Shown here: one piece after another, positions 35,271-43,794 of the stretch
Layout: each line of letters begins with the position of its first letter
How positions within the stretch are numbered: the stretch's first letter is position 1
Source of the DNA: Gaiellales bacterium
Lineage (GTDB): Bacteria > Actinomycetota > Thermoleophilia > Gaiellales > F1-60-MAGs149
Assembly: GCA_038911065.1 (NCBI GenBank)
Contig: JBCKBR010000001.1
Span: 6,013-70,012 of the forward strand
DNA: 64,000 nucleotides
Direction of reading: 5' to 3'
Program-made: the position numbers and the translations under genes
Notes under the pieces: model-generated
What the model saw: the letters and a program-made list of their open reading frames with translations, nothing else
The model's database searches: none
Told to the model about the DNA's origin: nothing

Positions 35271-37420
35271 CGCGAGAGCACCCAATCACCACTCGCCACC
35301 CTCGCTTGCACGCCAAGTTCTCGGGGGTCACTGATGCCGTACGTCGTGGGAGAAAAAGTCGGGTCGCTGGTGATCACAATGCGGTATGGCGCTGGTGGGG
35401 CTTGCATAGAAAACTCGGTCTTCGCTTGGTTCGCAACAGCATGGGTCGAAGTCGCCGTATCTTTGACGATGCCATAGGTCCCGTCTGGGAGGGCTGCGAT
35501 ACGTCCGATATGCACTGTCACATGGGTCGTAGGAAGCATGAGGCCCCCGATCGGCCGGGTCAGCGAAAAGTCCAGCGTAGAAGCAGGAGATGGGGCGGTG
35601 AAGACGTCGATTGTGGTCGTGCCAGCGGTCCAGCCATCGGCGAACATCCCATGTGTTGCGCGTCGCAGAGCGTAGGGCTTGCTCGGCTCCTGCAAGAGGA
35701 ACGTGCCGTGGTCGGCGATCACACGCCCTTCGAGTTCGAGCGATGACGGAGTTACGACGTAACGCGAGAGCTGCAGGATCGTGCCATCAGGGGTGCCCAG
35801 TCGGCCCGTCGCGGGATCAATCGTGACATCCGTGCCCCAGCGAGCGGTCGTGATGGGGAGTCGATTGAAGAACCCCATCTCCCAATAGACAACACGGTCT
35901 GTATCAGGTCCGAGGCTTGATCCGCTGAGAAATGTAACGTCGCCGCCGCCGGGCAGTGCACGATCTATCCACGCCGCACCATCACCGACCCCAGCGGATG
36001 CTCGGTAGTCACTGGAGCTTTTGCCAATCGTGCGCACTACCGCCGCCTGTGATACAGCGAAATAGCCCACGAGCAATAGCGGGAGCAGCACGACAGCGAG
36101 CCTTGGTCGGACGATGCCAAAGACGAATAGGGCGATGGCCACGCCAGCAGCGATCAGTAATTGCACGTCCCAGCCTTGTTGGGCAAATCGTCGAGTCAGC
36201 ATTTCTGGCAGAACGATGGCCCACGTTTCGGTGCTCGGAGCGAGTTGATAGAGCAGGCCGAAGGGTGTGGCAAGAGTGAGCACACCGGCGATGGCGACGG
36301 CGATGCCGGTGGTTCGCCGAGGACGCGCGAGTCCCCTATCGAGCCAGAGCGCCAACCCGATCAGGATGATTGGGAAGACGGCGAACATATTGCGCTCCGA
36401 GACCCGCTGCGAAAACCATGAGGTAAAGATCGCGACCTGGATGATCACGAGTGGGCTGAGGACAATCGCCGTGCAGAGGAAGGCGCGCTCGGCGGGGCTA
36501 CGTGTGCGATTGAGTAAGCCGAGCCCCACCATCACGAGTAGTGCTGCGACGGGAAAAACGCCGAGTGCGAAGGTGGCCTCGCCGGCGTGCCAGAGCGACC
36601 ATCGCGCGACATTTGGCACCGCGTACTGGCCGGTCGTGACTGCGCCATAGGCCTGCAAGAGCTGGCTGACGTGCCACGACGTCGTTACGGACCTCACGAT
36701 GATCGCGAGCAGTCCGACGGCAGCGACGGCAGCGAGTGGCCAGAAGCGTGCGAGGCGCCGACCGAGTCCACGCAGCGAGAAGGTGGTGCCCGCGCGCTCC
36801 TCTGCGAGAACGGTTAGCACGACGATGATCGGCAGGGCGACAATCAGCACGACTGCCTGTGCGCGCGTGCCTGCGGCGAGCGCGAGCGCAACGAGCACAA
36901 AACCCTGGTTGAGGATCGTGGGTCGTTCGACGGCACGCGCGATCGCGTACGCAGCGAGGGCGAAGAACAAGACGAACGCGTTCTCCGTCATGATCGTGCC
37001 GCTGTACGCCATCGATGGCATCGCGAGCGTGAGGCCCGCTGCGAGCAGCGCATACTTCGGTTGCATCATCCGCTTGGCCCACAGGAAGACAGGCAGGGCG
37101 GTGAGGCTGACGAGCACGGCATTGGTCGTCTGCATGTAGGCAAAGGCCGTCGTGCCGAAGTCGGCGAGTGCCCACGATGGCGCGAGCAGGAGTGGGTAGA
37201 TCACGCCATAACCGGTTGAGAGACTGAAGTTGCCGTTGGCGATATTCTCGGCGAGCTGGGAATACGTTAGCTCGTCCGTCAGGATCGTTGGCGCCTGAAA
37301 CTTCTGGTTTAGCCAGATCCGGATGCCGATCGAGACCACGATCGCGACGCCGAGCAATACCCAGCACACGCCACCCTGCGTGATTCTCTGCGTCGTAGGC
37401 GTTGCAGTGGATGTGGCCAT
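35267..37420 (-). CDS. ArnT/PMT-like GT-C membrane glycosyltransferase with a C-terminal extracytoplasmic domain (paralogue 1)
   Basis: Loop-1 motif TDELTYSQLAENI (compare the ArnT DExRYAE), about 12 TM segments and a ~250-aa soluble C-terminus. Start taken at MATSTATP (ATG ending at 37420). Confidence 0.7.
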   Translation of the reverse strand: MATSTATPTTQRITQGGVCWVLLGVAIVVSIGIRIWLNQKFQAPTILTDELTYSQLAENIANGNFSLSTGYGVIYPLLLAPSWALADFGTTAFAYMQTTNAVLVSLTALPVFLWAKRMMQPKYALLAAGLTLAMPSMAYSGTIMTENAFVLFFALAAYAIARAVERPTILNQGFVLVALALAAGTRAQAVVLIVALPIIVVLTVLAEERAGTTFSLRGLGRRLARFWPLAAVAAVGLLAIIVRSVTTSWHVSQLLQAYGAVTTGQYAVPNVARWSLWHAGEATFALGVFPVAALLVMVGLGLLNRTRSPAERAFLCTAIVLSPLVIIQVAIFTSWFSQRVSERNMFAVFPIILIGLALWLDRGLARPRRTTGIAVAIAGVLTLATPFGLLYQLAPSTETWAIVLPEMLTRRFAQQGWDVQLLIAAGVAIALFVFGIVRPRLAVVLLPLLLVGYFAVSQAAVVRTIGKSSSDYRASAGVGDGAAWIDRALPGGGDVTFLSGSSLGPDTDRVVYWEMGFFNRLPITTARWGTDVTIDPATGRLGTPDGTILQLSRYVVTPSSLELEGRVIADHGTFLLQEPSKPYALRRATHGMFADGWTAGTTTIDVFTAPSPASTLDFSLTRPIGGLMLPTTHVTVHIGRIAALPDGTYGIVKDTATSTHAVANQAKTEFSMQAPPAPYRIVITSDPTFSPTTYGISDPRELGVQARVASGDWVLSR

Positions 37421-37458
37421 AAGCGCGGGGCGCAAAGAACGAAGCGTGTCCGGTGCAG

Positions 37459-37476
37459 GACAATACCGACAATACC
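37459..37476. repeat. Tandem 9-mer GACAATACC x2 in a divergent intergenic region
   Basis: Read directly from the sequence. Confidence 0.7.
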
Positions 37477-37505
37477 GGAAGCGGGTACGCGCTTGAGTGC
37501 CCTCC

Positions 37506-37526
37506 GTACGGGGATAATCCCCGTAC
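37506..37526. promoter_or_regulatory. Perfect 21-nt dyad GTACGGGGAT-A-ATCCCCGTAC (candidate operator)
   Basis: 10-bp perfect arms around one central base. It lies 13 nt upstream of GTG 37540, in the spacer between divergent glycosyltransferase genes. Confidence 0.5.
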
Positions 37527-37539
37527 CATGCGACCCTAG

Positions 37540-38754
37540 GTGGCAATGAAGTATCGACCCAAGATTTTCGCCGTAGCTTCGGCCGTCAGTCTCGACTATC
37601 GCTATGGCTGCACGCCTGCGTGGTGGCAGATCTGGAAGGGCATGTACGAATCTGGGGTGGATGTCATTGTGACGCCCTATCGTGGACCAGCAGTGCAGTC
37701 TCCCTGGTGGCGCTGCGAGCCGAACCCGTGCGAGCGTGAGGGCGAGGCGTTTGCCGCTGCTCGAGGCGTGCTGGCGCGCCTGAAGAGGGACACACACGTG
37801 CGGCGTGTTGAAGACAGCCCCGACGACACAATCGCCGATAAGGCGACGCGCGAGGTAATTTCCCGTTGGATTACGCCGCGCTGGGAGAAGCACATCTCAT
37901 CGATTCTCGAACGCGAGGGCGATGTGGATGCGGTTGTGATCTTTACCGTACCGATGAGCCACTTGCGGGGCATTCCCTCGAAACTCTCGGCAAAGTATGG
38001 CGTACCGTTCGTCTACTACGACGGCGACGTGCCAATGAGTCTGCCGGAGTACGGCGGCATGGACACGGGCTTCAACATCTATCACGGCGCCGACCCAGGT
38101 GAGTACGACCTGATCGTGTCAAACTCTGAGGGGGGCATTCCGCGTCTGCTGGAATTGGGTGCGCGTCGCGCAGAACCGCTCTTCTGGGGCGCCGACCCCG
38201 AGTTCTTCCGCCCGATCGACACGTCGAAGCGGTATGACACGTTCTTTTACGGCTACGGCGACAAGTTTCGTCGAGAGTGGATGCAGTCGATGATCGGCGA
38301 GCCCAGCCGGCGCCTGCCCGATGTCGATTTCGCGATGGGCGGCGGCGACTACAAGGGCGATACGGGCCGTGGGCGCATGGTAGGCGACGTGCCATTCAAC
38401 GTCTTTGCAGAGGCTATCTCGGCGGGACGCATCAACCTCAATATCACGCGCCGGCCACACGCCACCGTGCCGTACTCATCGACCTGTCGCCCATTCGAGT
38501 TGGCCGCCTGTGGTGCTGCCATTGTTTCCAACCCGCACGAGGGCATCGAACGCTGGTTCACGCCCGGGGAGCAGATCATCATCGTCAACGATGCCGACGA
38601 GGCTGTCGCGGCATATCGCGCCCTGCTCGACGATCCCACTCAGGCGCTGGCAATGGGCAAGAGTGCGCGACAGCGGGTGCTCGACGAGCACACGTACGTC
38701 CAGCGGGCGCGCCAATTGCTCGGCTATCTCGGACTCGACAAGGCCACGGTCTAA
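37540..38754 (+). CDS. CgeB-like glycosyltransferase (Glyco_trans_1_2-type C-terminus)
   Basis: The C-terminal RPFELAACGAAIVSNPHEGIERWFTPGEQIIIVND pattern resembles the CgeB/DUF3880 family. The start is GTG 37540 or ATG 37546. Confidence 0.55.
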   Translation: MAMKYRPKIFAVASAVSLDYRYGCTPAWWQIWKGMYESGVDVIVTPYRGPAVQSPWWRCEPNPCEREGEAFAAARGVLARLKRDTHVRRVEDSPDDTIADKATREVISRWITPRWEKHISSILEREGDVDAVVIFTVPMSHLRGIPSKLSAKYGVPFVYYDGDVPMSLPEYGGMDTGFNIYHGADPGEYDLIVSNSEGGIPRLLELGARRAEPLFWGADPEFFRPIDTSKRYDTFFYGYGDKFRREWMQSMIGEPSRRLPDVDFAMGGGDYKGDTGRGRMVGDVPFNVFAEAISAGRINLNITRRPHATVPYSSTCRPFELAACGAAIVSNPHEGIERWFTPGEQIIIVNDADEAVAAYRALLDDPTQALAMGKSARQRVLDEHTYVQRARQLLGYLGLDKATV

Positions 38755-38756
38755 CG

Positions 38757-39479
38757 GTGCGCTGCCTCGCGATTATCCCGGCCTACAACGAAGGCGAATC
38801 GGTCGGCGACGTGATCCACGCGATCCAACGCGAAATGCCGGACTGTTCCATCGTCGTTGTCGACGATGGTTCGCGCGATACGACTGCCGCGGCTGCGCGG
38901 CGTGCGGGGGCAATCGTGCTGCAACTGCCATTCAACTTAGGCATTGGGGGAGCCGTGCAGACGGGCTATCGCTACGCCTGGATCAACGGCTACGACATTG
39001 CGATCCAGGTCGACGCCGATGGTCAGCACCCACCGAGCGAGATGAGCAAAGTCATCCAGCCGATTCTCGACGGCACGGCGGACATGGCGACGGGCACGCG
39101 GTTTCGCGGCGTCGGCGACTTCGAGTCGAGTGCGGGTCGCCGAGTTGGTATCGAGCTGTTTGCTCGCCTCGTTTCGCTGATCATTCGCGAGCGGGTCACC
39201 GACACGACCTCGGGTTTTCGGGCCGTCAATCGCAAAGGCATTGCACTATTTTCGTCCGACTATCCACAGGACTACCCTGAGGTCGAGACAACAGCGCTCG
39301 CGCACCGGCATGGCCTGAGGCTGATCGAAGTGCCCGTCGAGATGCTGCAGCGCCAAGCCGGCGAGTCGTCGATTCGGATGGGCGGTAGCATCTATTACGT
39401 GGTCAAGGTAACCCTCGCACTACTGATCGGACTGTTTCGTGCGCCCGTGCCATTGCCTGACGATGGTGCAGAGAACTGA
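38757..39479 (+). CDS. GT2 polyprenyl-phosphate sugar synthase-like glycosyltransferase (GtrB/ArnC/Ppm type)
   Basis: LAIIPAYNEGESV, VVVDDGSRD and VDADGQH motifs. GTG 38757 lies just after the upstream stop; the 160 upstream codons of ORF 38277-39479 overlap the previous gene. Confidence 0.8.
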   Translation: MRCLAIIPAYNEGESVGDVIHAIQREMPDCSIVVVDDGSRDTTAAAARRAGAIVLQLPFNLGIGGAVQTGYRYAWINGYDIAIQVDADGQHPPSEMSKVIQPILDGTADMATGTRFRGVGDFESSAGRRVGIELFARLVSLIIRERVTDTTSGFRAVNRKGIALFSSDYPQDYPEVETTALAHRHGLRLIEVPVEMLQRQAGESSIRMGGSIYYVVKVTLALLIGLFRAPVPLPDDGAEN

Positions 39480-39853
39480 TGCGCTTTCTCACTAATTTGC
39501 TTGCGGCAATCCCCGCGCTGGTGCTTCTGGTTGCCGTGCTCGAGCTCGTGCGGCGACGACGTCTGCGTGAGAAATACGCACTACTGTGGATCTTGACGGC
39601 CGTCGTGCTATTAGTCCTCTCGCTCTGGCGTGGCATCGCCGACTCTATCGCCCTCGCCCTTGGTATCGCCTACGGGCCCGCAGTGATCTTTGCGATCGCA
39701 GGCTTCTTCTTCATCGTCGTCCTACTGCACTACTCGACCGTGATCTCGGCGTTGACTGATCGGACGGCTGTGCTTGCGCAGCAGCTAGCTCTCGTCGAGC
39801 AGCGACTGCGCAAGCTGGAGCAGGAACGCCAGTCCGACGATAGCCGAGGCTAG
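39479..39853 (+). CDS. DUF2304-like small membrane protein
   Basis: TGATG overlap with the GT2 gene. Three TM segments followed by an amphipathic helix (LAQQLALVEQRLRKLEQ). The GT2-DUF2304 pairing is recalled from actinobacterial genomes. Confidence 0.55.
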   Translation: MRFLTNLLAAIPALVLLVAVLELVRRRRLREKYALLWILTAVVLLVLSLWRGIADSIALALGIAYGPAVIFAIAGFFFIVVLLHYSTVISALTDRTAVLAQQLALVEQRLRKLEQERQSDDSRG

Positions 39854-39874
39854 CCAACCCGTCTGTCTCGCGCG

Positions 39875-40807
39875 CTAAGGAACGATCGTCAGCAGCCCAG
39901 TCATGTCGTAGTCCGGGTAGAGGGGGTTCGATGGCTGGTCAAAATCCGTCCGCAGCGATACGGCTGGCGTGTAGTCCACGATCCCCGCCTTGCGGACAAA
40001 CGAGACTTCGATCACATCGGGAAACCAATACCTGTCGAATCGACTGAAGGGACTCTCGTTGTTGCCGTGGACGTGGACGGGTGCGTGGGTCTTGGCGAGG
40101 CTACGGACAGTCTTCAGGACAGCGACGGATGCCTCGGCGTCGCGGAGTCGGGAGAGGTCGTGCATTTCGATTAGTACCTGTTGGAACTGTGCGAAATCGA
40201 CATCGTGTAAGGCATCCCATTCGGCGCCCTCAACGTCGATCTTGAGAATCAGCTCATTCGACGTGGCCTTGCCCGTCAGTTGCAGGATGTCGCCCAAACT
40301 GCGGAGATCCATGCCAGCCATGTCAGTACCAGCGACGCGTGTACGATCGCCGAGGCCGATCTTGTAGAACTGTCCACCGGGAACCTCGCTTGGCAGGCCT
40401 GCCACCGTTGGATCAAACAGGTAGACAGGAATGCCGTGGCGGGCGAGTTCTTGGTCCCACGATACGTCGTGACCCACACCAATCGATATTGCCGCATCGA
40501 CGCCAGCAAACGCCTGCATAACATAGGCCCCATCGGTCGCAGCGCCAACTCGAAGCAGCGCGAGTGATGGGCTGGTGACGGGGCGGATCAGGCGAGCAAA
40601 TTCGTAGAGCCGCTCCTCAGCTGGTGTCGCGGGAGTGCGCGAAAAATCGAGCAACGCACTGCCCATTTCAGCGACGGTAGAGCGCAGGTTTCGATACACC
40701 GAGGACGTGTCTAGGATGCGGTTGCTGAGATCGCCGTAGGATCGACGCAGGCCGAGTGGTAGACGGTTGGTGACGGCTGCGACTGCGGGGAGAACCTTCG
40801 AGATCAC
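39875..40807 (-). CDS. FkbM-like methyltransferase-fold protein (paralogue A)
   Basis: ISIGVGHDVSWD ... VYLFDPT and [10 protein letters not shown] motifs. 310 aa. Confidence 0.55.
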   Translation of the reverse strand: MISKVLPAVAAVTNRLPLGLRRSYGDLSNRILDTSSVYRNLRSTVAEMGSALLDFSRTPATPAEERLYEFARLIRPVTSPSLALLRVGAATDGAYVMQAFAGVDAAISIGVGHDVSWDQELARHGIPVYLFDPTVAGLPSEVPGGQFYKIGLGDRTRVAGTDMAGMDLRSLGDILQLTGKATSNELILKIDVEGAEWDALHDVDFAQFQQVLIEMHDLSRLRDAEASVAVLKTVRSLAKTHAPVHVHGNNESPFSRFDRYWFPDVIEVSFVRKAGIVDYTPAVSLRTDFDQPSNPLYPDYDMTGLLTIVP

Positions 40808-40816
40808 TGCGCCAAC

Positions 40817-41737
40817 CTAGCTCGCCGGATTCGCCCGATACCACGCGACCGTCTGCTGCAAACCATCAGCAAACGTGGTCTCGGCGGTAAAACCAAAACG
40901 TTCTTGTGCGCGCGTGACATCGAGTTGTCGCCGCGGCTGCCCGTTGGGCTTGGTGGCGTCCCAAATAATCTCGCCGGCGAAGCCCGTGGCTTCGGCGATC
41001 AGTTCTGCGAGTGCCTTGATCGAGATCTCCGTACCCGTGCCGAGGTTGACGGGGTCCGGGTCGTTGTAATCGCGTCCGGCGAGGTAGAGCCCGCGGGCGG
41101 CATCTTCGACGTAGAGAAACTCACGCGTTGGGGTGCCGTCGCCCCACAGTGTCACCGACGTCTCGCCACGCTCCTGCGACTCGATCATCTTGCGGATCAA
41201 GGCGGGGATCACGTGCGACGACTGTAGGTCGAAGTTGTCGCGGGGTCCGTAGAGGTTGACGGGCAGCAGCGTCACGGCGTTCAGCCCGTACTGCGCGCGA
41301 TAGGCTTGGCTGCCGACGAGTAGCGCCTTCTTGGCAACGCCGTACGGCGCGTTGGTCTCTTCGGGGTAGCCGTTCCAGAGGTCGTCTTCCCGGAAGGGAA
41401 TCGGCGCAAATTTTGGGTACGAACAGATCGTGCCGACCATGATGACCTTGTCGGTGCCATGAATGCGGGCCTGCTCGAGCACGTTGACGCCCATCATCAG
41501 GTTCGCGTACCAGTAGCGGCCAGGATTGTCGCGGTTCGCGCCAATGCCACCGACCTCGGCTGCAAGGTGGAACACGCGCGTCGGCTTATGCTCGGCAAAC
41601 AACTGCGCAACGGCAGTTGTGTCCGTCAGATCCGTGTCGGCACTGCGCACCACGAACGGGTCGTCGCCGTCGGCCCGCAGCAGGTCGACAAGATGCGAGC
41701 CGAGAAAGCCGGCCCCTCCGGTGATCAACGTGGTCAT
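40817..41737 (-). CDS. fcl: GDP-L-fucose synthase (GDP-4-keto-6-deoxymannose 3,5-epimerase/4-reductase)
   Basis: [28 protein letters not shown] and [10 protein letters not shown] motifs. Confidence 0.8.
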   Translation of the reverse strand: MTTLITGGAGFLGSHLVDLLRADGDDPFVVRSADTDLTDTTAVAQLFAEHKPTRVFHLAAEVGGIGANRDNPGRYWYANLMMGVNVLEQARIHGTDKVIMVGTICSYPKFAPIPFREDDLWNGYPEETNAPYGVAKKALLVGSQAYRAQYGLNAVTLLPVNLYGPRDNFDLQSSHVIPALIRKMIESQERGETSVTLWGDGTPTREFLYVEDAARGLYLAGRDYNDPDPVNLGTGTEISIKALAELIAEATGFAGEIIWDATKPNGQPRRQLDVTRAQERFGFTAETTFADGLQQTVAWYRANPAS

Positions 41738-41783
41738 CGGTCGAATCGTAGCCCGCCGATCGCGGGAGCCTCGTCGATCGAGA

Positions 41784-42671
41784 TTAGGGAAGTGGTTCGA
41801 CCGTCAGTAGGCCCGCGAGCGAGAGATCGGCAAAACGGGCATTGCTCGGCGAATCAAGGTGCGTCGCGATGCGGGTGGCGGGTGTCTGATCCGACACCAA
41901 ATCGCGGCGTAGGTAGGTGACTTCGATCACGGTGGGGAACCAGAAAGTCCCAAACGGCACGACGGGCGCTTCGTTGTTGGCGTGCACATGCAGTGGCAGG
42001 TGCGTGGCGTGCAGCGCCTGGAGCACCGCGAGCACATTTTTGCTGGGCTCGGCGTCGCCGAGACGATCGAGATCGTGCATTTCGATTATCACTTGCGTGT
42101 AGCGGCTGTAGTCAGAGACCGTGGCCAGGGCATCCCACTCAGCGCCCTCCACATCGATCTTGAGGATCACGTCACTGGTGGTGTCGAAGTGGCCGAGCGC
42201 GAGGAGCGCATCGAGCGAGTCGACAGCAAAGCCCAGCGTAGAGGCCTGCTCCTTCGTACCGAGGCCGATGCGATGGAACGTGGCTCCGGGCACCGCAGCG
42301 GGAGGTGCAGCGATCGTGGGGTCGAATTGTGCGATGGGGATACCACGTTCGGCGATTGCCAAGTCCCAAGAAACATTGCCGCCGATGCCGATCGATAGTG
42401 CGGCTGTTGCGGCGAACGAGTCGGCCATCACGTACCCACCATCGCCCGCATCGCCGACGCGGATTAGGGGTGTGCTGGTGGCGTAGGGGCGTAGCAATCG
42501 TGCGGCCGCCAGGCAGCGCTCGTCGCCGAGGGTAGACGGTGGGCGCGTAAAATCGATCAGCGCACCTTCCATCCGCGTGACACGCGAGCGTAGATCGGTG
42601 TAGAGGCGGGAGGAATAGACGAGGTGGTCGCCGAGTGCGGCGAACGGGCCTTGGAGAAACGAGGGCAGCAT
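41784..42671 (-). CDS. FkbM-like methyltransferase-fold protein (paralogue B)
   Basis: Collinear with paralogue A ([13 protein letters not shown] ... IIEMHDL ... HVHANNE). Start moved to MLPSFLQ (ATG ending at 42671) to remove a 190-nt overlap with the upstream GT4. Confidence 0.55.
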   Translation of the reverse strand: MLPSFLQGPFAALGDHLVYSSRLYTDLRSRVTRMEGALIDFTRPPSTLGDERCLAAARLLRPYATSTPLIRVGDAGDGGYVMADSFAATAALSIGIGGNVSWDLAIAERGIPIAQFDPTIAAPPAAVPGATFHRIGLGTKEQASTLGFAVDSLDALLALGHFDTTSDVILKIDVEGAEWDALATVSDYSRYTQVIIEMHDLDRLGDAEPSKNVLAVLQALHATHLPLHVHANNEAPVVPFGTFWFPTVIEVTYLRRDLVSDQTPATRIATHLDSPSNARFADLSLAGLLTVEPLP

Positions 42672-42708
42672 CAGGGCAGGATCGTAGCCCGAGTGCTCAG
42701 CTGTGCGC

Positions 42709-43785
42709 TCACTGGGCAAGGACGCTGCGATAGGCAGCGATTGTGTCGGCTGCGGTGCGCTCCCACGTGAAGCCGCTCGCTTGTGTGATGCCCGCCGCGC
42801 GCGCAGCATCCGCTGCAGGCTCGGATTGCAGCAGTTCGAGCACCGCCTCGGCGAGACCAGCGTGGTCGTCTGGTGCTCGTGTGGTTGCAGCTTCGCCAAC
42901 TACCTCGGGCAGGCTGGGACGATCGGAGCAGACCACGGGGAGCCCGCTCGCCATCGCCTCGAGTGGGGGAAAGCCAAACCCCTCGAGCAGTGATGGGAAG
43001 AGAAAGCAGTCGGCCGACGCATAGATGCGCGTCAGGTCTTCAAATGCGACGCGTCCAACTTTGATCACGCGGCCACGCGTCTTGGCAATGCGTGCATCGA
43101 GGTCGGCGGATCGCCATCCCGCCCCGCCAACGAGGAGCAGTGTCGCCTCGGGCACGGTCTGGGCGACAATGTCGAAGGTGGCAAGCGTGCCGGCGAGATT
43201 CTTGCGTGGCTCGGGCGTACCGACCGAAAGAACAGTTGGGCCCGTGATGCCAAAGCGCTGCCCCAGCCAGTCGGTATCGCGCAGACGCGGCGAGAACGCT
43301 GGTGCTATGCCGAGGTGGATCACCTTGACGCGCGCAGCGTCGACGCGGAGCAGCTCGACGATGTCGCGCTTGGAGGCGTGCGAGTCGGTCAGGACAAGGT
43401 CGGCGTGGCGTGCGGCACGCCCGACAAGTAGGCGCTGCTGCAGGGCGTTGGCACGCGTAAACCATTCGGGGTGGCGCCACGGGATCGCATCGTGGATTGT
43501 CAGGATCAGCGGCAGTGTTCGCGAGTGCGCAGGCATTGCCGCGGGCACGTGGATCAGGTCGGCGCCGACAGCGGAGGCGGCTCGCTCGAGGCCGCGCGGG
43601 TAGTACCAGGCTTCGCGTCGGACGCCCGCAGCAATGCGATGCAGCCCGGTGGATGTCGGTGGGTGATCGAGCTCTACGACCTCAAGTGCAGCAGTCTCGT
43701 GGAGGGCGGCCAGAAGCTCTCGCGTGTACGTTGCCACGCCACCACCCCCGAGCTGTGCTGGCGTCGTGTCGATGGCGATCCGCAT
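42709..43785 (-). CDS. Glycosyltransferase family 4 (GT-B)
   Basis: EGFGFPPLEAMASGLPVV (E-x7-E region). 358 aa. Confidence 0.85.
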   Translation of the reverse strand: MRIAIDTTPAQLGGGGVATYTRELLAALHETAALEVVELDHPPTSTGLHRIAAGVRREAWYYPRGLERAASAVGADLIHVPAAMPAHSRTLPLILTIHDAIPWRHPEWFTRANALQQRLLVGRAARHADLVLTDSHASKRDIVELLRVDAARVKVIHLGIAPAFSPRLRDTDWLGQRFGITGPTVLSVGTPEPRKNLAGTLATFDIVAQTVPEATLLLVGGAGWRSADLDARIAKTRGRVIKVGRVAFEDLTRIYASADCFLFPSLLEGFGFPPLEAMASGLPVVCSDRPSLPEVVGEAATTRAPDDHAGLAEAVLELLQSEPAADAARAAGITQASGFTWERTAADTIAAYRSVLAQ

Positions 43786-43794
43786 CGTCGTACC

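Noticed and set aside
38277-38756. 160-codon N-terminal extension of the GT2 ORF 38277-39479
   Set aside because: It overlaps the CgeB-like gene in another frame and is Arg/Pro/Gly-rich. The conserved GT2 N-terminus (LAIIPAYNEG) starts right after GTG 38757, 2 nt past the upstream stop.
42672-42899. 76-codon extension of FkbM-like paralogue B overlapping the upstream GT4 by 190 nt
   Set aside because: Paralogue A aligns from MLPSFLQ onward, and the extension is basic, low-complexity sequence.
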